From NCBI GenBank assembly GCA_002777825.1, contig MEIR01000089.1, positions 25,562 to 89,561 on the forward strand: a stretch of 64,000 bases of DNA, written 5' to 3'. This stretch comes from Snodgrassella alvi. Its GTDB lineage: Bacteria; Pseudomonadota; Gammaproteobacteria; Burkholderiales; Neisseriaceae. Positions 33,461 to 45,596 of the stretch are shown piece after piece. The notes beneath the pieces are model-generated. The model was not told the DNA's origin, ran no database searches, and worked only from the letters and a program-made list of their open reading frames with translations. Each line of letters starts with the position of its first letter. Positions within the stretch are counted from its first letter, which is position 1. The position numbers were made by a program, and so were the translations under genes.

Positions 33461-35089
33461 ATGAACAGGAAAAACGTTGTATTCGGTTTTTTGGGCAATG
33501 TGCTTGACCAGCGCGGTAAAGGCAGAAAACGCTGGGGGCGCTGGCGGCCAACAGTTGATGTCTGTAATCATCCGGAATTGCCGGTATCTCGCTTTGAACT
33601 GCTTTATCACGTCAATGATAACGAGTTACTGGCTGAAATTATTCAGGATATTAAAACCATTGCCCCGGATACGCAGGTTAATCCGGTTGCAGTACATATA
33701 CATGACCCATGGGATTTTGAGGAGGTGTATACCTGTTTACTGGATTTAGCCAAAAGCTATCAATTTGATTATGAACAGGAGAATTATTATTTAAATATCA
33801 CTACCGGCACGCACGTTATGCAGATTTGCTGGTTTTTGCTGGCAGAATCACGCTTTTATCCGGCCAGACTGCTGCAATTATCGCCAACCAAAGGGGTAGC
33901 ACAGCCAGAAACGGTGTTAACTGAGCCGGCAGAGCATCAACAGCTATGCAGCCGCGGACAAATCAATATCATTGACCTGAATCTGAACCGCTACGACCAG
34001 ATTCTGACCCGCTTTCAGCAATACGCCGGCCAAGCTACTGAATTACTCAAATCCGGCATTGCCACCAGAAACCCGCATTACAATCAGCTAATTACTGAAA
34101 TAGAACAGGTAGCCAGCCGCTCGCATGCGCCTATCCTGCTATGCGGCCCTACCGGCGCCGGTAAATCTTTTCTTGCACGGCAAATTTACCAGCTTAAGCT
34201 GAATCAGCATCAGATAAGCGGCCAGTTTGTGGAAATTAACTGCGCTACTCTTACCGGTGATAATGCCATGTCCACTTTATTTGGTCATAGCAAAGGGGCT
34301 TATACGGGTGCCAGCATGGCCAGAAGCGGCCTGCTCAAACAGGCTGATAACGGCCTTTTGTTTCTGGATGAAATCGGCGAACTGGGATTAGATGAACAGG
34401 CTATCCTGCTCAAAGCCATTGAAGAAAAACATTTTTATCCGTTGGGCTCGGATAAACTGGTTTCCAGCCAGTTCCAGCTCATTGCCGGCACCAATAAAGA
34501 CTTAAAACAGGCAATTGCCTGTGGTGCATTCAGGGAAGATTTATACGCACGGATTAATTTATGGAGCTATCAACTGCCCGGGCTGGCAGAACGTAAAGAA
34601 GATATTGAACCAAATATTGATTTTGAGCTGGCACGCTATGCTAAGGAATATGGCACTATGCCACGCTTTAATCAGCAATCCAGAACCCGCTATGTAAATT
34701 TTGCCACTTCGGCTGCTGCACGATGGACGGGCAATTTCCGTGAGCTCACCGCTTCCATTACCCGCATGGCTACACTGGCCACGCAGGGTAATATCACTTT
34801 GACACAGGTTGAAGACGAAATTCAGCGCTTACAGCAACACTGGCAGCAGACAACACCCGCCGATGCACTGATTCCGGTTGAAATTGATGAATTCGACCGC
34901 TATCAGCTAGAAAAGGTGATTGAAGTATGCCGCAAAAGCCGAACTTTATCCGAGGCCGGCCGCTATCTGTTTGCGGTATCACGGGCACAGAAACAGCGTG
35001 CCAATGATGCCGACAGGCTGAAAAAATATCTGGCCAAGTTTGATTTAAGCTGGGAGCAGATAAAAGATAGTGCCTGTAGCAGCGATTAA
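33461..35089 (+). CDS. rtcR: Sigma54-dependent transcriptional activator RtcR (N-terminal CARF domain, AAA+ sigma54-interaction domain, C-terminal HTH)
   Basis: N-terminus MNRKNVVFGFLGNVLD matches RtcR CARF start; Walker A GPTGAGKS, GAFTGA-like GAFREDLYARINLW motif. Confidence 0.9.
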   Translation: MNRKNVVFGFLGNVLDQRGKGRKRWGRWRPTVDVCNHPELPVSRFELLYHVNDNELLAEIIQDIKTIAPDTQVNPVAVHIHDPWDFEEVYTCLLDLAKSYQFDYEQENYYLNITTGTHVMQICWFLLAESRFYPARLLQLSPTKGVAQPETVLTEPAEHQQLCSRGQINIIDLNLNRYDQILTRFQQYAGQATELLKSGIATRNPHYNQLITEIEQVASRSHAPILLCGPTGAGKSFLARQIYQLKLNQHQISGQFVEINCATLTGDNAMSTLFGHSKGAYTGASMARSGLLKQADNGLLFLDEIGELGLDEQAILLKAIEEKHFYPLGSDKLVSSQFQLIAGTNKDLKQAIACGAFREDLYARINLWSYQLPGLAERKEDIEPNIDFELARYAKEYGTMPRFNQQSRTRYVNFATSAAARWTGNFRELTASITRMATLATQGNITLTQVEDEIQRLQQHWQQTTPADALIPVEIDEFDRYQLEKVIEVCRKSRTLSEAGRYLFAVSRAQKQRANDADRLKKYLAKFDLSWEQIKDSACSSD

Positions 35090-35407
35090 AAATGAGTACA
35101 ATTGATTTATCTATCAATGGTTGCCTGATGATATAAGCTTCCGCTGCTTTCGGTAGCCAAAAGCATTAAAAAAAGCATTTGATGGAAGGTGAAAACCAGT
35201 TATGGATTACTCACTATCTATTGTCTGGTATGCAATTGAACGCATGATGACTGCTCATCATCTATAACCAAGCTCTATCTGTTACCGACACAGAAAAATC
35301 ATCCTCCTAGGTAATATTTACCTGCCTGCAAGACCGCAGACAGGTAAATAATACTATTCAGAGGAGACGTGTATAAATGAATTACGGTATCTGCATTGAA
35401 TACGCTG

Positions 35408-36280
35408 TTAACACACCATCCGTTGCAACAGTTTTTTAAAGTCTTCACCCACTAAAGGATGTTTCATTCCATACGCCACTGTTGCTTCCAGATAACCAAG
35501 CTTATCACCACAATCATAACGTCTGCCGGCAAAAGCATAAGCAAGCATTTTTTGTTCGGTAAGCAAGCGGGAAATAGCATCGGTTAACTGGATTTCTCCG
35601 CCTGCCCCACGTGGTAAATTAGTTAAAAAATCAAAAATGCGGGCAGATAAAATATAACGCCCTACTACCCCCAGATGTGACGGTGCTTCATCCGGATGCG
35701 GTTTTTCCACAATACTTTTGACATAATCAAAGCTATCTTCGCGGGCGGTTTCTACAATACCGTAAGCTCCAGTCTGTTGTGGGTCGACATTCTCCACACC
35801 AAGCACATTACAACCAGTACGATAATAAGCATCCATCATCTGGCTTAATGCGCCGGGCTGGGCATCAATCAGGTCATCGGCCAGTACTACGGCAAAGTTA
35901 TCTTTACCCACCGCTGCACGGCTGCACAGCACGGCATGTCCCAATCCCAGCGCAGCCGGCTGGCGAATATACAGACAGGTAACATTAGGCGGCAATATAT
36001 CTTGTACAAAATCCAGCAGTTTATTCTGATTACGGTAGGCCAGCTCGGTTTCCAGTTCATACGCTTTATCAAAATGATCCTCAATACAGCGTTTATTGCG
36101 GCCGGTAATAAATACCAGCTCGGTACAGCCGGCAGCCACGGCTTCTTCCACTGCATACTGAATCAGTGGTTTATCCACAATCGGCAGCATTTCTTTCGGG
36201 CTGGCTTTGGTAGCCGGTAAAAACCGTGTTCCCATACCAGCTACCGGAAACACACATTTACGGATTGGTTCTGCTTTCAT
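35408..36280 (-). CDS. galU: UTP--glucose-1-phosphate uridylyltransferase
   Basis: 290 aa; [31 protein letters not shown] signature nearly identical to E. coli GalU. Confidence 0.92.
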   Translation of the reverse strand: MKAEPIRKCVFPVAGMGTRFLPATKASPKEMLPIVDKPLIQYAVEEAVAAGCTELVFITGRNKRCIEDHFDKAYELETELAYRNQNKLLDFVQDILPPNVTCLYIRQPAALGLGHAVLCSRAAVGKDNFAVVLADDLIDAQPGALSQMMDAYYRTGCNVLGVENVDPQQTGAYGIVETAREDSFDYVKSIVEKPHPDEAPSHLGVVGRYILSARIFDFLTNLPRGAGGEIQLTDAISRLLTEQKMLAYAFAGRRYDCGDKLGYLEATVAYGMKHPLVGEDFKKLLQRMVC

Positions 36281-36285
36281 CAGCT

Positions 36286-38727
<2,442 letters not shown>

Positions 38728-38799
38728 CTAAAAAGAAAATGGCAACCCCCATTCTGCGGCTTGCCATCTCATCATAAAATTAAAAAAACTCTGGCAATA

Positions 38800-40074
38800 T
38801 CAGGAAAACAGCCTTTTTGTCAGCTCACTTCCGGGCTTCAGCTCAACCTGCTTCATTTCCTTCTGCCGGTCAACCACATAGCGGCGTACTTCACGCAACC
38901 ATTCTGTGGATAACTCTTCCACTTTATCGTTGACCAGATCCAGGCCTAACTGACTGGACAGCTTAACGGCCATATCCATAAACTGATCAAAACATTTTTC
39001 GCCGTCTGGTATGTGTACTATATCAAATAACATACTGAATCCACGATAATTTTGATTTGCTAACAATGTAGCAGTAAACGGCGAGTTATCCAGTGTGACA
39101 ATACTGAACAAAGGTTCACCATTACTATCGGCATAGTAGAATGCACCATCATGTCCCAGTTCAAAACCCTGCCGCTCAACCGCAGAGCGCAACTCCATAC
39201 CACTGACATTAGTGCGTGATACCAGATGAATAGCAATTGTCTGATCAACGCGTGCACACAAGTCATCCAGTGGCCGCGCTACACTCAGGAAAGTATTAAT
39301 ATCCGTTAACAGTAATTGCCCATCCATTTGCTCGGCAAACCGGTTGGCCTGTTCACCAAAATTTACCAGCTCTTCATGCGTGACCAAGCCACTGCGGTTA
39401 ATGGCCTGCAAGCCAACCACAAATCCCTGATAATAAACGCTGGGAATCGGCTCAGCCACCTGATAACGGTCATCCATGGTACAGCCCACCAGCCGAAAAC
39501 GAGAACGGCTGCTCAAACGTGGCATGGCGTGCAGCTCTTTGGGCTCATACAAAGCAATATAAGCCAGATAATCAAAGCGCACATCAAACCATGGCAGCGG
39601 CTGTTTGGCCATATCGCGCAAGTCTAATAAGGTTTTGCGCCCTTTTACCGGAATAGTTCGTGATAACGATTCCATATCACTGTGTACGGGCGAGCTTTCT
39701 GGTGCGGCATCTTCGTCAGCGACCGGCAGCTCCGGTTGCGCAGTAGCCACTGTTTCTTCCTGTATATAGCCATTCCTGGCTTCAGGCACGGCTTCCTCAC
39801 CTGTAGCCACAGATTCAGCCTGCTCAGTAGATGAATCGGCAGCCATATCCACCCCACTTTCTGGCGACACAGCTTTCTCATTCAGCGCAGACTGTGCCTG
39901 AGCGCCATCACGTACAGAATTCACCTGACTGTCCAGTAAAGCATCCTTATTGGCGTGTCCAAACTGTTCACGCAATTGTTTGCGGTATTGGCTTTCCTGA
40001 TAAATATTATAGACCAGCACTGCCAGAATGAACGCCGCACCCACCACCAACATAATCAATACAGAATCACTCAT
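38800..40074 (-). CDS. zipA: Cell division protein ZipA
   Basis: N-terminal TM anchor, charged/PQ-rich linker, C-terminal FtsZ-binding domain; conserved zipA-ligA linkage. Confidence 0.8.
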   Translation of the reverse strand: MSDSVLIMLVVGAAFILAVLVYNIYQESQYRKQLREQFGHANKDALLDSQVNSVRDGAQAQSALNEKAVSPESGVDMAADSSTEQAESVATGEEAVPEARNGYIQEETVATAQPELPVADEDAAPESSPVHSDMESLSRTIPVKGRKTLLDLRDMAKQPLPWFDVRFDYLAYIALYEPKELHAMPRLSSRSRFRLVGCTMDDRYQVAEPIPSVYYQGFVVGLQAINRSGLVTHEELVNFGEQANRFAEQMDGQLLLTDINTFLSVARPLDDLCARVDQTIAIHLVSRTNVSGMELRSAVERQGFELGHDGAFYYADSNGEPLFSIVTLDNSPFTATLLANQNYRGFSMLFDIVHIPDGEKCFDQFMDMAVKLSSQLGLDLVNDKVEELSTEWLREVRRYVVDRQKEMKQVELKPGSELTKRLFS

Positions 40075-40165
40075 TACATTCCTACTAGGCAATTTGCGGA
40101 AGCCGCAGTTTAATTAACAGCTAAACAGAATTATAACCAAAAATACCCCTGCCGGCAGCCTTAAA

Positions 40166-40750
40166 CTATAGTGGCCACTGATATTTTGTTATCACCGGCA
40201 AGCCCCATGCACGCAACCTGTCCCACTGAAAAAAATGCCCCGGATCAGATTTGCGCTCTGGCGCTATATGCTGATGCCCGGTAATGGCCTGAATCGGATA
40301 ACGCTCACACAGTGCCTGCAATAATTTATTTAACTGTGCATACTGCAACTGGGTAAACGATTCAAAATCACAGCCTTCCAATTCAATCCCGATTGAAAAC
40401 GCATTGCAGCCCTCACGCCCATCAAAACGCGATACTCCTGCCTGAAAAGCTGCATCATCACAGGAAACAAACTGGGTTAATGCCCCGCTACGCTCCAGCA
40501 GAAAATGGCTTGATACCCGCAAATTGATAAGCGAACGCATAAAATCATCTGGTTCATCCGGCTTAATCTGATTGGTAAACAGACGCTGCACAGCCTGTTG
40601 TCCATATTCAAACGGCGGCAGGGAAATATTATGTAATACCACCAGCGATATTTCAGTGTGCTGTGGTCGCTGGCTGAAGTTTGGTGACGGCACATGAATA
40701 CACTGCTGTAACCAACCATCTGTCCATAGCGGCTTTTGTTCGCCCGGCAT
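40166..40750 (-). CDS. ampD: 1,6-anhydro-N-acetylmuramyl-L-alanine amidase AmpD (Amidase_2/PGRP fold)
   Basis: 194 aa; conserved AmpD motifs (HNISLPP, zinc ligands H..H..D pattern, GHQHIAPERKSDPG). Confidence 0.8.
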   Translation of the reverse strand: MPGEQKPLWTDGWLQQCIHVPSPNFSQRPQHTEISLVVLHNISLPPFEYGQQAVQRLFTNQIKPDEPDDFMRSLINLRVSSHFLLERSGALTQFVSCDDAAFQAGVSRFDGREGCNAFSIGIELEGCDFESFTQLQYAQLNKLLQALCERYPIQAITGHQHIAPERKSDPGHFFQWDRLRAWGLPVITKYQWPL

Positions 40751-41006
40751 TCGCTTTGCCTCTTGTAATAAAAGTGTTTACCTTAATACAGCTCTGATTA
40801 GGCGTCTACTTTTAGCACATAATCAAGCAAAAAGCCGAAAATTGACCAGTTACTGCTCATAAGCAGACCAGACCAAAACAGCACTTGGCGTACAAGCAGG
40901 CAAAGTCAGATTATTTCTGTCAAATAAACAGCCACATATACAATCATCCACATAAAACACTTGCCAAACCCGATTATATCTGGTTTAATGCGCACTCTTC
41001 CCCGCT

Positions 41007-41082
<76 letters not shown>

Positions 41083-41524
41083 TTAATAACCGCTAAATGC
41101 GGTTATTTTTTTGTCTATTTTAATAAAATTAACATACCTAGAAAACATCATACTCAAGCAAATTATCGATAATAGGCTTAAACATTTAATATAAACTAAG
41201 AAGCTAAAACAGATAAAAATCGCTAAACCAAAACCTATATTTAAAAATTAGAGAAAAGTAAATACCAGTTTACTCATATAAAATACAACATAGTGAACTC
41301 TGCTTATCAATATAAGCATATACGATAAGGCATGTAATGACCCAATAGTGTATCTATTGGTTAAGAAATATAATTGATGGCAATTCATGCTGATTATTTA
41401 TAACATCAGCAGGATAACTAATCCTGTCTTGTCTGCAATTATCCACCAAAGAGGAATTTTCCTCTTTAAAGCTGCGAAAATAGCTTTATATTCTTATTTA
41501 AGTCATTGATGCAAAGGAAACCGT

Positions 41525-42394
41525 ATGGAATTTACAGAAGTAGAAAAAGAGGATTTTTTAAATGAATTAAACCAATTATATCTTAAATCTAAACCTGTTC
41601 GGTATATAGAACGTTCAGAAATATCAAGCCAAATTTTTGAGAATGAACAAACATTTTTAGAATTTATAAATATTAGTTACAAAGAATTCCACGAGGCTTA
41701 TTGTTCAATGCTCAATAATCCCCTTTTTAAACGATTTCGAGAAAGTTATCATGTTAAAATTTTTTGTAAAAAAGCCATTAAATATTGGAAAGTCCGCTTA
41801 AAGGAAGTAGATGATTTACCTTTGTTTATTTTTAACCAGATAATGAGAAAAAGTTGCCCTAACCTTTACATTAAGAAAAATGGCGAAGCCCAATTATTTT
41901 ATAATTTTCAATTTAATTTTTTTACTTATACTTGGTTAGATGGAATACCGTTTCAACTTTTGATTGATATTGCCAAGTATATTTGTGAAAATCCAGTAAA
42001 AGAACATGTCACATTAAAACAAGCAAAGGCTGCTGCTGAGTATATAGCAGAACATCAATATGAGTTATTAAATCAGAGAAAAATATTAACAAAATATCTA
42101 ATTCAAAATGGACAAGAACCATATTCAAAACTTGTTGGCGCAACGGTATATAATTCACGTTATCATTGCACCTCAGAGGATTTATTACAAAGTATTAGAT
42201 ATTTAAATTCATATGACAATAATAACTCCAGAGCAAAACACTTTATTATAGCAATCTGCAAAAATAAGTATTTTCGACAAAGAATATTCAAACCACCTAT
42301 TTCAGCATTAACAGACTTAGTTCAAATTATTGATGAAAACATATTGATTTCATCAGACACAATTGAAAGATGGATAAAAGAAAGCAATATCTAG
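41525..42394 (+). CDS. Hypothetical protein (AT-rich islet downstream of tRNA-Phe)
   Basis: 289-aa ORF, low GC, no recognisable motifs. Confidence 0.35.
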   Translation: MEFTEVEKEDFLNELNQLYLKSKPVRYIERSEISSQIFENEQTFLEFINISYKEFHEAYCSMLNNPLFKRFRESYHVKIFCKKAIKYWKVRLKEVDDLPLFIFNQIMRKSCPNLYIKKNGEAQLFYNFQFNFFTYTWLDGIPFQLLIDIAKYICENPVKEHVTLKQAKAAAEYIAEHQYELLNQRKILTKYLIQNGQEPYSKLVGATVYNSRYHCTSEDLLQSIRYLNSYDNNNSRAKHFIIAICKNKYFRQRIFKPPISALTDLVQIIDENILISSDTIERWIKESNI

Positions 42395-42565
42395 CGCACA
42401 TTTAGCAAAATATATAATCAAATTTGCGGTGTAATTTTAGAAGAAAGTAATAACAAAATAACGGCATAAAATGATTTTAAATAACTTTATAATTTGCCGA
42501 TACATACCTTTTGTAGGTATTTATAATTTTGTTTTCTTAATTAATACTTACAGAAATGAGCAAAC

Positions 42566-42790
42566 ATGTCAAATAATTCTTTAAGACTTACAAAGGTATT
42601 AAAATACTTTAGTGTATCTGATAGTGCATGGGTCAAAACCATCTCAAATCATAAGCTTGATAAAACATATTTTCTCAAACTTAGCCCATTACCTGTATCC
42701 AGCCATGCATGGCTGGCAAATCAATATTACCGGCTGCATTCTCATCTGATATCACCGAATAAACTGTCAATAAATGCGGAGGGCAGATAA
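42566..42790 (+). CDS. Hypothetical small protein
   Basis: 74-aa ORF, stop overlaps next ORF start (ATGA); weak. Confidence 0.2.
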   Translation: MSNNSLRLTKVLKYFSVSDSAWVKTISNHKLDKTYFLKLSPLPVSSHAWLANQYYRLHSHLISPNKLSINAEGR

Positions 42791-43095
42791 TGAATAATAT
42801 CCCTACTGCTGCTATTTCAGCCCAAAAACACAGTGATGCGGCTGCTCAGTCACTGCAAGGTACCAGCTACGCCACTCAGCGCAGCTTTATTCTGCAACGC
42901 TTACGTGAACATCCGCACAGCACTCTGGAACTGCGCGCATTGGGTATCTGTAGTCCGGCACCACGTATTAATGAATTACGTAATCAGGGCTATGTGATTG
43001 AAACGACGCGACGGCATGAATATGATTCCGCCGGTGTGGTACACAGTATCGCTGTGTATACGCTGTTAACTGATACCCACAAGCACAACGATTAA
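42790..43095 (+). CDS. Putative small winged-HTH DNA-binding protein (island-associated regulator)
   Basis: 101 aa; higher GC than neighbours; TLELRALGICSPAPRINELRNQGYVIET resembles HTH segment; no family assignment. Confidence 0.35.
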   Translation: MNNIPTAAISAQKHSDAAAQSLQGTSYATQRSFILQRLREHPHSTLELRALGICSPAPRINELRNQGYVIETTRRHEYDSAGVVHSIAVYTLLTDTHKHND

Positions 43096-43552
43096 TTACT
43101 CTGAATAAATTAATTACTCTGAATAATCAGAACACAGCAATAGAGGAAGCCGTATATTGTGTTTTATGCTTTCTCTATTGCTACTGTATCTGGTAAACAG
43201 TTTAAAGATTGGCTTCTGCACGTAAAACACTTTCGCCAGCACTGTGGATTAAATCCAGACAGGGATTGCTGGTTGGCTGTATCAGCTATATTGTATATTA
43301 GTTCTCAATTTGCCAGATTGGTTTGATGCAGGCGCTGAGGGAGAGGCAGAATAATTTTTTATCCTTACCAGAAACTGCAAAAACTGTTGGCCGATTCGTT
43401 CTACTAAAGATACAGTTAATATATTCCTTTTTCATACTTCCTAATATTTGACTGATTATTGGCTAGCCAGAGAGATACCCGCTATTGTAATCATCTGCTG
43501 GCTGCAATGGATGTGATAAAAATTTATTCTAATCATGCTGTTGCATATAAAT

Positions 43553-43571
43553 GAAAATAATTATTATTATC
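43553..43571. promoter_or_regulatory. Candidate Fur box upstream of the NRPS adenylation gene
   Basis: GAAAATAATTATTATTATC matches 15/19 of GATAATGATAATCATTATC. Confidence 0.4.
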
Positions 43572-43656
43572 TTTTAAAAATAATTAAGCCTGTATAGAAT
43601 GTTGTCTCTGGTGGATGGCAATCGGTTTCAGTCTATATTTTTGGGAGAAAGCTTAC

Positions 43657-45522
43657 ATGCACTCTGATACTTCTAAGTTACAGCAACAGCAGGATTTTCA
43701 ATCTGGTGTGAATGATGTGTCTGCACGAAGTTCAACCAGTGAAGTGACGGCAGCAGATGCTTTTCGTTTTCTGGAATATATCCAGCACAATCTATTTGAC
43801 GCTGTGCCGGATAAAACGGCGTTGTTTTATGCTGGTGAGGCCATTAGTTATCCACAGGTGGGGCAGAATGTGGCCAGAATCATGCACGCTTTGCGGCAAA
43901 AAGATTTACAGGCTGGCGCAGTGGTGGCGGTATGTCTGCCCAAAAGTGCTGAACATGTTTATGCTGTTTTAGCCTGTGCGCTGCTGGGTATTATCTGGTT
44001 ACCGGTTGATATGGATGCACCTGAGGCCAGACGCGACTATCTGCTGTCTAACAGTAGGGTTGATGTGGTTATCGCTAAGGCACAGCCAGACGGCTGGCAA
44101 TGTGTTTTGATTGATGATGTTCTGGCTATGCCAGTACCCGAAAAGCCTGAGTGTTCTTATGCACTGAATAAGCGTGCGGCCTATTATTTGTATACTTCTG
44201 GCAGTACGGGGATTCCAAAGTGTGTGGTACTGAATAATCTGGCTACAGCCAATGTACTCGGGCAAACGATTGGCCGATGGAATATGCATCGTGACGATGT
44301 GCTGATAGCAGTAACGCCCTTTCATCATGATATGTCTGTATTCGATGTTTTTGCAGCAATGGCACTTGGTGCTTCTCTGGTGATTCCAACGCCGGCACAG
44401 GTGAAGGATGCCTGTGCATGGGCGCAGTTGGTGGCGACGCATAATGTTACGATCTGGGTGAGTGTGCCGGCGATTGTGGATATGTTGTGCAGTGTGGCTC
44501 GGGTGGAACAATTGCAATCGCTGCGACTGGTTGCGCAGGGCGGCGATTATGTTAAGCCGGCGTTGATTCAATATTTACGCCAGCATCTGCCGCATGCGCG
44601 TTTGTTTTCTCTGGGCGGCCCTACGGAAACCACTATCTGGAGTATCTGGCATGAAATTACTGCTGAGGATGTGGATGTGATTCCTTATGGCCGGGCTTTG
44701 GCGCACAATCAATATTATATTCTGAATGAGCAGTTGCAGCCGTGTGCGGTGGGTGAAGTTGGCCAGATGTATATGGCGGGAGTGAATTTATCCAATGGCT
44801 ATTTGCTTGATGGGCAGTTACTCACCGGCGATTTTGTGTCGCTGCAATGCGATGCGGGAAAAACTGCTTTGCGCATGAATGATCTGGGCTATATGCGCGC
44901 GGATGGCAATATTATTTTTGCAGGGCGTGCTGAAGGCTATCTGAAAATCAAGGGGGTGCGGATTTCGGCAGCAGAAGTAGAAGTTGTGCTGGCTAAATCT
45001 GGCTGTTTACAGGATGGTGTGGTGGTGTGCTGTACTCATCCGGTAACGTCTATGCATGAATTGGTGGCGGTGTATACGCTGCCTGCGGGCAGGCAGAATG
45101 TGGATATTAATGCGTTAAAGCAACATTTATTAGCCAGCCTGCCTAAGTCGCACGTTCCCACCAGATGGCTGGCTATTGACCAGATTCCGCTTACGCGTAA
45201 TGTGAAAGTAGACCGGAAACGTATACAGCAGATGGCGCAGGAGCGTCTGTATCAGGCTGCGGCCGCAGCGGAGCAAAATCAGGCAGTGGCAGATAGTGTT
45301 GTGGCTATTTTTCGTGACTGCTGCCCGCAACAGGCAGACGATACAGGTGATGTTTCTGTGCAATCTGAAATTCTGGCCATGGGTTTGCGCCTGAAACAGT
45401 TAATGATGGTGGCCGGCAGGATTACTGAACGGTTTAATATTCAACTGGATGCGCCGGCTCTGGTGCGTTGTAAAACGGTACAGGATGTGGTGTATCAGGT
45501 GCAGCAGAAGATGCTGAATTAG
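43657..45522 (+). CDS. NRPS adenylation-domain protein with degenerate (Ser-less) C-terminal carrier-like region (AngR/BasD-like, lacking Cy domain)
   Basis: A-domain cores (YTSGSTGIPK, NGYLLDG-type A8, GRxD...K); C-terminal 80 aa resemble PCP fold but lack GGxS serine; SD GGGAGA before MHSD. Confidence 0.8.
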   Translation: MHSDTSKLQQQQDFQSGVNDVSARSSTSEVTAADAFRFLEYIQHNLFDAVPDKTALFYAGEAISYPQVGQNVARIMHALRQKDLQAGAVVAVCLPKSAEHVYAVLACALLGIIWLPVDMDAPEARRDYLLSNSRVDVVIAKAQPDGWQCVLIDDVLAMPVPEKPECSYALNKRAAYYLYTSGSTGIPKCVVLNNLATANVLGQTIGRWNMHRDDVLIAVTPFHHDMSVFDVFAAMALGASLVIPTPAQVKDACAWAQLVATHNVTIWVSVPAIVDMLCSVARVEQLQSLRLVAQGGDYVKPALIQYLRQHLPHARLFSLGGPTETTIWSIWHEITAEDVDVIPYGRALAHNQYYILNEQLQPCAVGEVGQMYMAGVNLSNGYLLDGQLLTGDFVSLQCDAGKTALRMNDLGYMRADGNIIFAGRAEGYLKIKGVRISAAEVEVVLAKSGCLQDGVVVCCTHPVTSMHELVAVYTLPAGRQNVDINALKQHLLASLPKSHVPTRWLAIDQIPLTRNVKVDRKRIQQMAQERLYQAAAAAEQNQAVADSVVAIFRDCCPQQADDTGDVSVQSEILAMGLRLKQLMMVAGRITERFNIQLDAPALVRCKTVQDVVYQVQQKMLN

Positions 45523-45596
45523 GTTTTGATGCTGTTGGCGCAAATAAAGTACTTAATTTGAATTTTAAGTACTTTATTTGTTTTATGCGGGTAGTT

